Shown in pieces: positions 42,077-51,525 of a stretch of 64,000 nt of DNA (the stretch's first letter is position 1; the number at the start of each line of letters is the position of its first letter). The DNA lies in NCBI GenBank assembly GCA_905211645.1, contig CAJMBK010000001.1:155331-219330 (forward strand). The letters are read 5' to 3'. This stretch comes from an uncultured Bacillales bacterium (GTDB lineage Bacteria > Bacillota_I > Bacilli_A > RFN20 > CAG-288). The position numbers were made by a program, and so were the translations under genes. A model generated the notes under the pieces. It made no database searches. It saw nothing but the letters and a program-made list of their open reading frames with translations, and was not told the origin of the DNA.

Positions 42077-43978
42077 ATGAAGAAAAAGAGTATGCTCTTA
42101 ACTTTGTCATTAATTTCTTCAGTTAGTTTAGGTGCATTAGCCAGCTGTGGCAGTTTAATTCCTGAATTAAACGAAAAAGATGGCGTTGTTCTCACCTATA
42201 ACGGTACTGAATATACCATTGATGATATGTACAAAGAGTATGATGGAAGTATTGATTCAGCAAAAGCTTATTACAATACTTTAAAAGATCTTTTCGTTCA
42301 AATTGTCGTCGATGACACAGCTTTAATCGAAACAACTGTCGAAAATAAAATTGATGATTTCTATGAAACTGCTAGAGATAATGCCTCTGCAAATGGTACC
42401 AGTGAAAAAGAAGAAATCGAAAAAGCCTTTGAAACTGAAGGTGTTGAAGATGAAGAGGAACTTCGTCATAAATACACATTGGAAGAAAAGAAGTCTACCA
42501 ACACCACAAATTTGGAATCTGATAAGAACATTCTCACATACAGAAAAGACTACATCAACAACAACTCACCATATGTTGCTAAGCATATCTTAGTTAAAGT
42601 TGATGCTGCAAGCACCGATCTTTACAATGGTAAAATTTCTGCAGATGATGCATATCAAATTTATAACGTTGTTAAAGGTTTAGCAAGTACTTCAACATAT
42701 AAGAACTTTGGTGAAGTCGCCTTACGTTTGTCTGAAGATAGTTCCAATACTACATATGGTTTGCTTACTTCTCCAATGGAGATCACAACTTCATATGTTA
42801 ATGAATTTAAGTTAGGTTTATACGCAAGAGATTACCTCTTCAATCCTAATGTTAAAGATAATTCTGGTTCAACTCAAGATAAGACAAACTTAGTTAAAAA
42901 TACCAATATGCCAACCGACGCTAAAGAAGTTTTAAATGTCCAAGACATTATTGGTAATCAAGATTTTGTTAAGGATGAATCTGGCACCGGTGTTGCCGCT
43001 TTTGGTATACCAGTTTCTGCTGCTTTAGATTTAGGCACATATGCAGAAACTACAAAATCCAGTGCTAATTTAACTGTTGAAGATGCAGTTGAACTTAACT
43101 ACCCTAGAAATATTATCTACAACCACTATTTCAATAACAGATCTGTTTCTTACATCTATTTGGATTCAGAGACTGAAGCCCAAGCTACAAATTTAGGCAT
43201 CGATACAAGTAGATTCGTTCAAGTTCCAAACTTACAATTAGTCGAATATGTTGATGATAAGACAGGTGATGCTGACAATCAAACAACAACCACTGGTGTT
43301 AAACTTGTTCAAAATGCTAAGGTTTTAGCTGATGAAAAAGGTAACCCAATCATGGTCACAAGAGCTGGTACTTCTGGTGACTCCGGTTACGAAGGTATCC
43401 ACTTCATCGTCACAGCTTTCGATCCATTTGAAAGTGTTGAAACTCAAATTAATAATCCTACAGCAGAAGGTAAATATGACTACACTTCACTTTTTGAAGG
43501 TTTAACAACCAACGAAGAAAAAGCAAGTGCAGTTAGACAAGATTACTTCAATTTAACCATTCCTAGTTTAAATACATCCGATACAACTGTTTATAACCCA
43601 AGTTTAATCACTTCATTAACTGCAACAGAAAGTAAGAACTATTCTACTCTTGCTAATGCAGTTAGAACCGCTTTGAAGAATTCATACGGTACAAATTTAG
43701 AGTTTGTTCAATACAATCTTAATAAGACTGAAGCAGTCAATAAAGGTGCAGTCATTCCTGAAGCTGTTGATGAGTTAGTTACATCTTACATCAATGCAAC
43801 AATGGATAACAAACTTTATCAAGATAAGAAGAGTCTTGCTTCAAGTTGGGAAGATTACTTACAACTTGTTGATTTACAAAAATCATTGAGCAATCGTATT
43901 TTACCTAGCGCTTGTATCGACGAATTCATGAGTGGTGCAATTACTAAAGGAGGTGTTTGTGATGTCAGCAACAACTAA
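42077..43978 (+). CDS. Large lipoprotein (633 aa) with a parvulin-like motif; possible PrsA-like foldase
   Basis: Signal peptide + lipobox LASCGS. SPYVAKHILVKVDAAS resembles the start of a parvulin PPIase domain (..ASHILV..). RBS AGGAGG. Confidence 0.4.
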   Translation: MKKKSMLLTLSLISSVSLGALASCGSLIPELNEKDGVVLTYNGTEYTIDDMYKEYDGSIDSAKAYYNTLKDLFVQIVVDDTALIETTVENKIDDFYETARDNASANGTSEKEEIEKAFETEGVEDEEELRHKYTLEEKKSTNTTNLESDKNILTYRKDYINNNSPYVAKHILVKVDAASTDLYNGKISADDAYQIYNVVKGLASTSTYKNFGEVALRLSEDSSNTTYGLLTSPMEITTSYVNEFKLGLYARDYLFNPNVKDNSGSTQDKTNLVKNTNMPTDAKEVLNVQDIIGNQDFVKDESGTGVAAFGIPVSAALDLGTYAETTKSSANLTVEDAVELNYPRNIIYNHYFNNRSVSYIYLDSETEAQATNLGIDTSRFVQVPNLQLVEYVDDKTGDADNQTTTTGVKLVQNAKVLADEKGNPIMVTRAGTSGDSGYEGIHFIVTAFDPFESVETQINNPTAEGKYDYTSLFEGLTTNEEKASAVRQDYFNLTIPSLNTSDTTVYNPSLITSLTATESKNYSTLANAVRTALKNSYGTNLEFVQYNLNKTEAVNKGAVIPEAVDELVTSYINATMDNKLYQDKKSLASSWEDYLQLVDLQKSLSNRILPSACIDEFMSGAITKGGVCDVSNN

Positions 43979-45452
43979 TAAAAAATTGTATAAGTTATTG
44001 ACTTTAGCAACAGTTTCACTTGTTTCTTTAACATCATGCTCCTCAACAAATAAGGATCTTCCTTCCGATGCTGCTGAAGCAATTATCACTGTTAACGGTA
44101 ATGAAATTTCTTTAGATGACATCTACTTCAACGATAAAGAAAACTACTATGGTAATTTATCAGGTTTCAATGAGAAGACCATGGATAAGTTGCTTTTGGA
44201 AGTTGCAAAAGCTAAAGTAGGTGATGGTACAACCTTAACTGGTTACACCGCATTAACTTCTGCTGAAATTAGAGAAGAAGCAGAAAAAGTTATGCTCAAG
44301 AAAGTTAATACCAATACATATGATGTTAACTACTACTTCGACGAAGAAGCATTCGTAAAATCCTTACAAAAGGATATGTATCCAGTTGATACATCAACTT
44401 GTGATTACGATCACAAAGTTATTATTACTAATAATTCAACTTATGATGAAGTCTTCACATGTGGCTATGATAAATATATCGAACAAGAAATTGTTCCAGA
44501 TATTATCAGAAACCAATTAGTCACTGAATATCTCTATGAAGATAGCTACACTTCAATTGGTGTTACTAACGCAAGAGATTTCGACATCGTCAAGATTTCC
44601 GATGGTAAAAATGCTAATGTTGGTGATGCTTTGTTATTTGTTAACGCCTTCTTGGATGATTTACAAAATGAAGAAATTCAAGATAAATCCACATTAACCT
44701 TAAGAATGCTTGCAGAAGCACGTAAAGGTAATAAAGAATATGCAGGTGTTAGTGACTTCTATTCAAGACACACAGATCTTGAAAAACATACTCTTGTTGC
44801 TTACGCAGACCAAGATATGGAAAAAATTGCTACAAAAGATGAGGATCACTATACACCATTGCCAGAAAATGAAATCGATAAAGATTTGTTCTCTGAGTAT
44901 ACAGGTAGCTCAACCTATTCATTAGATGTTGGTTACGAAAGAAAACTTGGTTCCATCACTCAAGAGAAGAATTATATCTCAGGTATGTATCTCTCTTCTT
45001 CGACAATTGATGGTGTCCCAGATTCAATCAAGAACCGTATCTTCTCATCAAACTACAATACTGATCCTGAATCAACCGCAAAAGATGTTACAACAATGAT
45101 CGGTGGTTATAGATTCTTAACTACAGAAAACGGTCAAGGTTCAACATCTGGTGATAGAAATGTTATTTTCTACGATTCCAGTACAACTTCTTACTACTTA
45201 GTTATCATCAATGAAGTTGTTAATACTGGTGTATTAGCAAAAAACGATGCTGATAGTGAAGAAGTTAAAGCTAAGAAGAAAGACTTAGTTAAAGAAATCA
45301 GCTATTTGATGGTTGATAACTCAACTTACAGAACTGACTCAACAGTCTACTTCCTCAAAGACTTAGATATTGAGTACAACAATGAAACATTCTTTGAATA
45401 TATGCAAACAACATATCCTGCATTATTCGAAGAAGATACATATGAGGAATAA
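43962..45452 (+). CDS. Lipoprotein (about 497 aa), function unknown
   Basis: Signal peptide + lipobox LTSCSS. ATG 6 nt after GGAGGTG. Overlaps the upstream lipoprotein gene by 17 nt. Confidence 0.4.
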   Translation: MSATTNKKLYKLLTLATVSLVSLTSCSSTNKDLPSDAAEAIITVNGNEISLDDIYFNDKENYYGNLSGFNEKTMDKLLLEVAKAKVGDGTTLTGYTALTSAEIREEAEKVMLKKVNTNTYDVNYYFDEEAFVKSLQKDMYPVDTSTCDYDHKVIITNNSTYDEVFTCGYDKYIEQEIVPDIIRNQLVTEYLYEDSYTSIGVTNARDFDIVKISDGKNANVGDALLFVNAFLDDLQNEEIQDKSTLTLRMLAEARKGNKEYAGVSDFYSRHTDLEKHTLVAYADQDMEKIATKDEDHYTPLPENEIDKDLFSEYTGSSTYSLDVGYERKLGSITQEKNYISGMYLSSSTIDGVPDSIKNRIFSSNYNTDPESTAKDVTTMIGGYRFLTTENGQGSTSGDRNVIFYDSSTTSYYLVIINEVVNTGVLAKNDADSEEVKAKKKDLVKEISYLMVDNSTYRTDSTVYFLKDLDIEYNNETFFEYMQTTYPALFEEDTYEE

Positions 45453-45475
45453 TCATAACTAATTATTGTTAAAAT

Positions 45476-45506
45476 AAGAGAGGTTACTAGTTAACCTCTT
45501 TTTTAA
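45476..45506 (+). terminator. Intrinsic terminator after the lipoprotein pair
   Basis: GAGAGGTTA-CTAG-TTAACCTCT followed by TTTTTT. Confidence 0.55.
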
Positions 45507-45521
45507 ATTATGGAGGTGATT

Positions 45522-45788
45522 ATGAAAATTAAAATGAACAAAGATGAGCAATTTGCTTCAACCCAGATAATTTTAAATTTCTACAAGGATAACGAAATAA
45601 CTTTTGATTCTTTAGATGAAGCAAGAGATGTTTTAGTAGAAACTTGGAACAATATTTTCGAAGGCGAAAACACTATCTCTTCTTACGAAGATTTAGATGA
45701 AGAAGTTTTAGATTATTATGATGTTACCATCGAAGAACATTTCATTGTTGAATTCGATAACGATGATGAATACGTTGAGGAAGAGTAA
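45522..45788 (+). CDS. Small highly acidic protein (about 89 aa), unknown function
   Basis: ATG after GGAGGTG. D/E-rich (ends DNDDEYVEEE). No recognisable motifs. Confidence 0.3.
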   Translation: MKIKMNKDEQFASTQIILNFYKDNEITFDSLDEARDVLVETWNNIFEGENTISSYEDLDEEVLDYYDVTIEEHFIVEFDNDDEYVEEE

Positions 45789-45790
45789 TT

Positions 45791-46399
45791 ATGACTAAGT
45801 TAGATTTTGTTGAATACGTTCTCAAAGTTGAGGAAATCTGTAAAATCGGACTTAAATATACTAAAGATGCATACGCTATCGATAACTATAAGCAACTTCA
45901 AGAGTTAACTAAAAGATTTTTGTCTGAACAAGCAAATGTTGACCTTACAGGTGGGAATTTCTTCAAAAGAGATATCTACCCAACTCCTAATGTTTCGTGC
46001 AGAGGAATCATTTTATCCCCAGACAAGAAGAAAGTCTTATTAGTTCAAGAAAAATCTGATGGAGGTTATTCCTTTCCAGGTGGTTGGACAGAATTAACCT
46101 TATCACCAATAGAATCTGTTTTAAAAGAACTTAGAGAAGAAGCAGGTGCTGAATGCAAAATTGTCAGATTAGTTGGTGTTACAGATAGATATAAAGATAT
46201 CAAAACTACTGGAGTTCCTGAATATATTTTGACTTATTTAGTTGAAGTAGTCGGTGAGATGAAAGAAAGCTGCTATGAGATTCTTTCCAAAGATTTTTTC
46301 GATATCGATAACTTACCACCAATCTCAAAAAAGAACGAGAAGTCACAGATGCTAAGATTAATTCACGCTGCAATTGATGGCACAGTTTGTTTAGATTAA
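45791..46399 (+). CDS. NUDIX hydrolase
   Basis: Nudix box GGWTELTLSPIESVLKELREEAGAE. Confidence 0.75.
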   Translation: MTKLDFVEYVLKVEEICKIGLKYTKDAYAIDNYKQLQELTKRFLSEQANVDLTGGNFFKRDIYPTPNVSCRGIILSPDKKKVLLVQEKSDGGYSFPGGWTELTLSPIESVLKELREEAGAECKIVRLVGVTDRYKDIKTTGVPEYILTYLVEVVGEMKESCYEILSKDFFDIDNLPPISKKNEKSQMLRLIHAAIDGTVCLD

Positions 46400-46453
46400 T
46401 TTCAGAGAATAGATTGTGAAATTAGTTGTAAAATATAATAAGAGGTGAAAAAT

Positions 46454-46876
46454 ATGAATTTTGATAATTGTATATTCTGTAAAATTGCTGGTAAAGAAAT
46501 TCCATCTGCAGTAGTTTACGAAGATGAAATTTGTACTGCATTTCTTGATATTAACCCAACAACAAGAGGTCACTGTGTTTTAATTACAAAAGAACACTTT
46601 GATAACGTACTCTTTGTTCCTAAGAATATCTTAGATCACGTTTTCGAAGTAGCTCAAATGCTTGGTCAATCTATGGTTAAATCTTTAGGAGCATCTGGCG
46701 TCAACATCTTAACTAACGCTGGTAAAACTGCAGGTCAAACTGTTTTCCATTTCCATGTTCACGTCATTCCTAGATATGACAACGACAACAGAAAACTTCT
46801 TGAATTCTCACCATATCAAATAACTGATAAACATTATCAAGAAGATGTTGCCAAAGAAATTAAAGACGGTATGTAA
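46454..46876 (+). CDS. HIT-family (histidine triad) protein
   Basis: HFHVHVIPR triad. CxxC near the N-terminus (CIFCKI). Confidence 0.8.
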   Translation: MNFDNCIFCKIAGKEIPSAVVYEDEICTAFLDINPTTRGHCVLITKEHFDNVLFVPKNILDHVFEVAQMLGQSMVKSLGASGVNILTNAGKTAGQTVFHFHVHVIPRYDNDNRKLLEFSPYQITDKHYQEDVAKEIKDGM

Positions 46877-46984
46877 TTATTACGATAGTATTGAATAATC
46901 AAGGACGCCTTGTTATTTAATACTATCTTTTAAATTGTTATAATTTTAAGGTATTCAAACAATACTAGATAAGGTCATATCAAT

Positions 46985-47791
46985 ATGAAAAATATAAGAA
47001 TAGTTGATTTACATTGTTCAGTTGACAATGTAGAAATTTTAAAAGGCGTAAATCTTACTATCAATTCTGGTGATTGTTTAGCTCTTTTAGGACCAAATGG
47101 ACATGGTAAATCCACACTTATCAATGTCATTATGGGCAATCCTAACTATGTAATTACACAAGGTAAAATTTACCTTGATGATGAAGATATAACTGATCTT
47201 TCACCTGATGAAAAGAGTAAGAGAGGTATGTTCTTAGGTTTCCAATCTCCTGTTGCTGTTCCTGGGGTTATGTCCATGGACTTCTTTAAGATGGCAATTA
47301 ACGCTCATAGAGAAAAACCAATTCGCTTAGGTGAATATTACAGATTACTTGAGAGAACATACAAGAATTTGAATATGGATTCTTCATATGCTCAGAGAAA
47401 TCTCAACGATGGTTTCTCAGGTGGTGAGAAAAAACGTAATGAAATCTTGCAGATGTTACTCTTAAAACCTGATTTTGCAATGCTTGATGAAATTGATTCT
47501 GGTTTGGATGTAGATGCTTTAAATGATATTTCTAAAGCAATTCTTGAATGTATCAACGAATACAAGACAACTTTTGTTATTATTTCTCACTATTCAAAGT
47601 TATTGCAATCAGTTAAACCTAATAGAACAGTTGTTATTGTTGATGGTAAAGTTGCAGTTGATACCGATGGATCTTTAACCGAAAAGATTTCTCAAAATGG
47701 ATACTCAGTTTTAACTAAAGAGTACGGAATCAAGATTGAAAAGAAGGAGAAACAAGCTCAATTACTTGGAACTTGTTTAGCAAAGAAGTAA
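46985..47791 (+). CDS. sufC: Fe-S cluster assembly ATPase SufC
   Basis: Walker A GPNGHGKST, signature FSGGEKKR, Walker B AMLDEIDSGLD. First gene of a sufCDSUB string. Confidence 0.9.
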   Translation: MKNIRIVDLHCSVDNVEILKGVNLTINSGDCLALLGPNGHGKSTLINVIMGNPNYVITQGKIYLDDEDITDLSPDEKSKRGMFLGFQSPVAVPGVMSMDFFKMAINAHREKPIRLGEYYRLLERTYKNLNMDSSYAQRNLNDGFSGGEKKRNEILQMLLLKPDFAMLDEIDSGLDVDALNDISKAILECINEYKTTFVIISHYSKLLQSVKPNRTVVIVDGKVAVDTDGSLTEKISQNGYSVLTKEYGIKIEKKEKQAQLLGTCLAKK

Positions 47792-47792
47792 T

Positions 47793-48446
47793 ATGGCTCC
47801 TATCATTCAAAATAACGAAATCAACTTATCTGAACTTGAAAATAGTAATGAATTAAACATAGTTTTTTCAAATAAACAACTTTTATACAAGAATAAAATA
47901 TGTATCTCTGATGATAGAGATGTCAGCATAATTATCTTGGATTATGCCAAACAAGAAACTGAATTTGACTTAGTTGTTGAGCTTGGAAAAAACTCAAGTT
48001 TTAGTATGAGAGTTGCCTGTGCTCAAGTTTCAGATAAAGCAAAAAACTACAACATTGAAGTTATCCATAAAGGTGATAACGCAACCAGTTTTATCTCAAC
48101 AAATGGTTATAACGCTTCAAACTCAAAGTTGTATTTTAGACCTGTTGCCACAATTTTAAACGGAGTAAAAAAATCTACAACTAGAGTTGAAGGAAGAATT
48201 ATCAATTCAAATGACGAAGCAAAATCCACTATTTTGCCAGTTTTAAATATCGCAGATAACGATGTTATTCAAGCAAACCATGGCGCAGCTTTAGGTTCTA
48301 TAGACCAAAACGAACTCTTCTATTTGATGACAAGAGGCTTATCAAAGAAAGAAGCTGAATCGTTACTTATTGCAAGTTATTTCAAACCTGTATTAAATAA
48401 GTTCAGTTCTTCAAACCAAGAAGAGTTTGAAAAGATACTTTTTTAA
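47793..48446 (+). CDS. sufD: SufD-family protein (short form)
   Basis: SufB/D C-terminal beta-helix-like region (ADNDVIQANHGAALGSIDQNELFYLMTRGLSKKEAE). Confidence 0.7.
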   Translation: MAPIIQNNEINLSELENSNELNIVFSNKQLLYKNKICISDDRDVSIIILDYAKQETEFDLVVELGKNSSFSMRVACAQVSDKAKNYNIEVIHKGDNATSFISTNGYNASNSKLYFRPVATILNGVKKSTTRVEGRIINSNDEAKSTILPVLNIADNDVIQANHGAALGSIDQNELFYLMTRGLSKKEAESLLIASYFKPVLNKFSSSNQEEFEKILF

Positions 48447-48457
48447 GGAGGGTTAAT

Positions 48458-49693
48458 ATGGCTAAAATTGATCCTTACAAATTGAGAAAAGATTTTCCAA
48501 TCTACACAAACACTCCAACAATTGACGGACAACCTTTGTGCTATTTAGATAATGCTGCTACAAGTTTCAAGCCATTATCAGTTATTCAAGCACAAGATTA
48601 TTACTATTTATACGAAACTGCAAATGCTCATCGTGGTGACTATAAACTTGCTCACGATGTCGATGTTTTATACGAAAATGCCCGTGAAACCGTGGCTAAA
48701 TTTATCAATGCAAATAAAAACGAGATTGCTTTTACTTCAGGTACAAGCATGTCTTTAAATATGGTTGCTTTCGGTTTTGAAAACTTGCTTGAGGAAGGAG
48801 ATGAAATTCTTCTTTCCGAAGCAGAACATGCATCAAATGTTTTACCTTGGTTTTCAATTGCTAAGAGAAAGAATTTAGTTGTTAAATACGTTCCTTTAAC
48901 AAAAGAAGGAAGATTGAGTGTTGAAAACTTTGAAAAGAGTTTAACTCCAAAAACTAAAGTTGTCTCTTTGGCAATGGTTACCAATGTTTTAGGCTATCAA
49001 GTTGATATCAAAACTTTATGTAAGATTGCTCATGAACATGGTTGTTACTTTGTTTGCGATGGTGCTCAATCTGTTCCACATCAAAAAACTGATGTTAAAG
49101 ATTTAGATGTCGATTTCTTAGCATTTTCTGGACACAAGATGCTTGGCCCAACCGGTATCGGTGTTCTTTATGGAAAATTTGATTTACTTAAAAAACTTGA
49201 CCCACTTCTTTCAGGTGGCGGTATGTCCACAAGATTCGATACTTGTGGTGATATCACTTATCAACTTCCTCCATACAAATTTGAAGCAGGTACACAAAAT
49301 ATCGCAGGTGCTTTAGGTTTAGCAGCTGCTTGTGATTATTTATCTGCAATCGGTATGGATGAAATTGAAGCTTACGAAAGAAATTTAAGAAAATACTGCA
49401 TTCAAAAGTTGGATGAATTGGATAATATCATCATCTATAACCATGATGCAGATAATGGAATTATCACCTTCAACGTCAAAGGTGTTAATTCTCAAGATGC
49501 TTCAACTTTACTTGCTAGTAAAGGAGTTTGTGTCAGATCCGGTCAACATTGTGCTAAGATTTTGTTAGACTTTTTGCACACTGATAGCACAATAAGAGCA
49601 AGCTTTTATTTCTACAACACCAAAGAGGATGTTGATCAGTTTGTCGAAGCAGTAAAACAAGGAGGTAATTTTTTAGATGCCTATTTCTTATGA
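48458..49693 (+). CDS. sufS: Cysteine desulfurase SufS
   Basis: PLP Lys motif FSGHKM. Class-V aminotransferase fold. Confidence 0.9.
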   Translation: MAKIDPYKLRKDFPIYTNTPTIDGQPLCYLDNAATSFKPLSVIQAQDYYYLYETANAHRGDYKLAHDVDVLYENARETVAKFINANKNEIAFTSGTSMSLNMVAFGFENLLEEGDEILLSEAEHASNVLPWFSIAKRKNLVVKYVPLTKEGRLSVENFEKSLTPKTKVVSLAMVTNVLGYQVDIKTLCKIAHEHGCYFVCDGAQSVPHQKTDVKDLDVDFLAFSGHKMLGPTGIGVLYGKFDLLKKLDPLLSGGGMSTRFDTCGDITYQLPPYKFEAGTQNIAGALGLAAACDYLSAIGMDEIEAYERNLRKYCIQKLDELDNIIIYNHDADNGIITFNVKGVNSQDASTLLASKGVCVRSGQHCAKILLDFLHTDSTIRASFYFYNTKEDVDQFVEAVKQGGNFLDAYFL

Positions 49694-50135
49694 TCAAAAT
49701 ATGTTAAGAGAAATTATCATGGATAATTATCAGAATCCAAGAAATTTCAAAGAGGTTGATGATAAAGATTACATTACCATCCACATGGACCACTCCGATA
49801 ATTGTATCGATGATATTTACGTTCAAGTTAAGATTGAAAATGACAAGATTGTCTCCTGCTTTTGGCATGGAAAAGCCTGTGCAATCTCAACTGCTTCAAC
49901 ATCTATCATGACTGAATTGGTTATTGGTAAAACTATTGAAGAAGCAAAAAAGATTATGGCAGAATTCGATAAGATGATGGATAACAAAGAATTTGATTCC
50001 GATCTTTTAGAAGACGCAGTTTGTTTTGTTAACACTTACAGACAACCAAGTCGTATCAACTGTGCCACAATCGGTTGGAGAGGACTTGATGAAGCTTTCA
50101 AAGAAGTAGAAAAGGAGGAAAAGAATGGAAAATAA
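49677..50135 (+). CDS. sufU: SufU/IscU-like sulfur-transfer scaffold protein
   Basis: NifU-N-like Cys/Asp ligands (DNCID; HGKACAIS; CATIGWR). Confidence 0.8.
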   Translation: MPISYDQNMLREIIMDNYQNPRNFKEVDDKDYITIHMDHSDNCIDDIYVQVKIENDKIVSCFWHGKACAISTASTSIMTELVIGKTIEEAKKIMAEFDKMMDNKEFDSDLLEDAVCFVNTYRQPSRINCATIGWRGLDEAFKEVEKEEKNGK

Positions 50136-51525
50136 CGATAAAGTCTTTGACTCCAGAGATAAGTACGATTTTAAAGATGCAGATCAAACTATTCTTTCTA
50201 CCGGTAAAGGTTTAAATGCTGAGGTTGTTGCAAAGATATCCGAATACAAACATGAACCAGAATGGATGAAAGAAATCCGTTTAAATGCATTGAAAGAATT
50301 TGAGAATCATCATTTACCATCTTTTGGACCAGACCTTAAGTTTTTAAATTATCAGGACTACACATACTTCAATCGTGTCTCTGATAAGGTTAGTCAAACT
50401 TGGGAAGAAGTTCCTCAAGATATTAAAAATACATTCAATAAATTAGGTATTCCTGAAGCGGAACATAAGTTTTTAGCAGGTGTTACCACTCAATATGAAT
50501 CTGAAGCTGTTTATCATAACATGCTCAGTGAATTAACCGAGAAAGGTGTCATCTTTTTAGATACAGATACCGCTTTGAAACAATATCCAGAGTTATTTAA
50601 GAAATACTTTGGAAAGATTGTTCCTGCAACTGATAATAAATTTGCTGCACTTAACACAGCAGTTTGGTCTGGTGGATCATTTATCTACGTTCCAAAAGGT
50701 GTTAAGTTAGATAAGCCACTTCAATCTTACTTTAGAATCAACAATCAAAGAAGTGGTCAATTTGAAAGAACACTTATCATTGTTGATGATGATGCTTCTT
50801 TGCACTATGTTGAAGGTTGTACTGCTCCTATTTACTCATTGGATTCATTACATGCTGCAATTGTAGAAATCTATGTCGGTAAAAGAGCAACTATGAGATA
50901 CTCAACCATTCAAAACTGGTCAAATAATATTGTTAACTTAGTCACAAAAAGAGCACAAGTTGATGAAGATGGTTTGATGGAATGGATTGACGGAAATATC
51001 GGCTCTGGTGTTAACATGAAATATCCTTGCTGCATCTTAAAAGGTGATAGAGCAAAAGGAAGTTGTATTTCAATCGCTGTTGCTGGCAAAGGTCAATATC
51101 AAGATGCTGGTGCTAAAATGATTCATTTAGGTAAGGAAACAACATCTAAAATTATCTCCAAGTCAATTGTTAGACAAGGTGGTGTTTCTAACTACCGTGG
51201 GTTAGTTTACATCGACAAAACCAGTGAAAGATCCAAAGCACACGTTGAGTGTGACACTCTTATTTTGGATGATATTTCCAGATCAGATACAATCGAAAAT
51301 AATACGGTTAATAATAAATCAAGTTTTCTTGAGCACGAAGCAAGTGTATCCAAGGTTTCAGAGGAACAACTTTTCTACTTGATGTCACGTGGACTCTCAA
51401 AGAAAGATGCTACTCAACTTATTGTTATGGGATTTATTGAACCATTCTCATCCGAATTACCTATGGAATACGCAGTCGAATTGAATCAATTGATTAAATT
51501 GGATATGGAAGGATCAATTGGATAA
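50125..51525 (+). CDS. sufB: Fe-S cluster assembly protein SufB
   Basis: 466 aa. SufB C-terminal region ...[24 protein letters not shown]. Confidence 0.9.
   Translation: MENNDKVFDSRDKYDFKDADQTILSTGKGLNAEVVAKISEYKHEPEWMKEIRLNALKEFENHHLPSFGPDLKFLNYQDYTYFNRVSDKVSQTWEEVPQDIKNTFNKLGIPEAEHKFLAGVTTQYESEAVYHNMLSELTEKGVIFLDTDTALKQYPELFKKYFGKIVPATDNKFAALNTAVWSGGSFIYVPKGVKLDKPLQSYFRINNQRSGQFERTLIIVDDDASLHYVEGCTAPIYSLDSLHAAIVEIYVGKRATMRYSTIQNWSNNIVNLVTKRAQVDEDGLMEWIDGNIGSGVNMKYPCCILKGDRAKGSCISIAVAGKGQYQDAGAKMIHLGKETTSKIISKSIVRQGGVSNYRGLVYIDKTSERSKAHVECDTLILDDISRSDTIENNTVNNKSSFLEHEASVSKVSEEQLFYLMSRGLSKKDATQLIVMGFIEPFSSELPMEYAVELNQLIKLDMEGSIG

Noticed and set aside
46877-46984. Long inverted repeat GATAGTATTGAATAA ... 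TTATTTAATACTATC with a palindromic loop
   Set aside because: It is followed by a T-run directly after the HIT-family gene, so it is most simply a large intrinsic terminator rather than a regulatory operator or mobile-element end.
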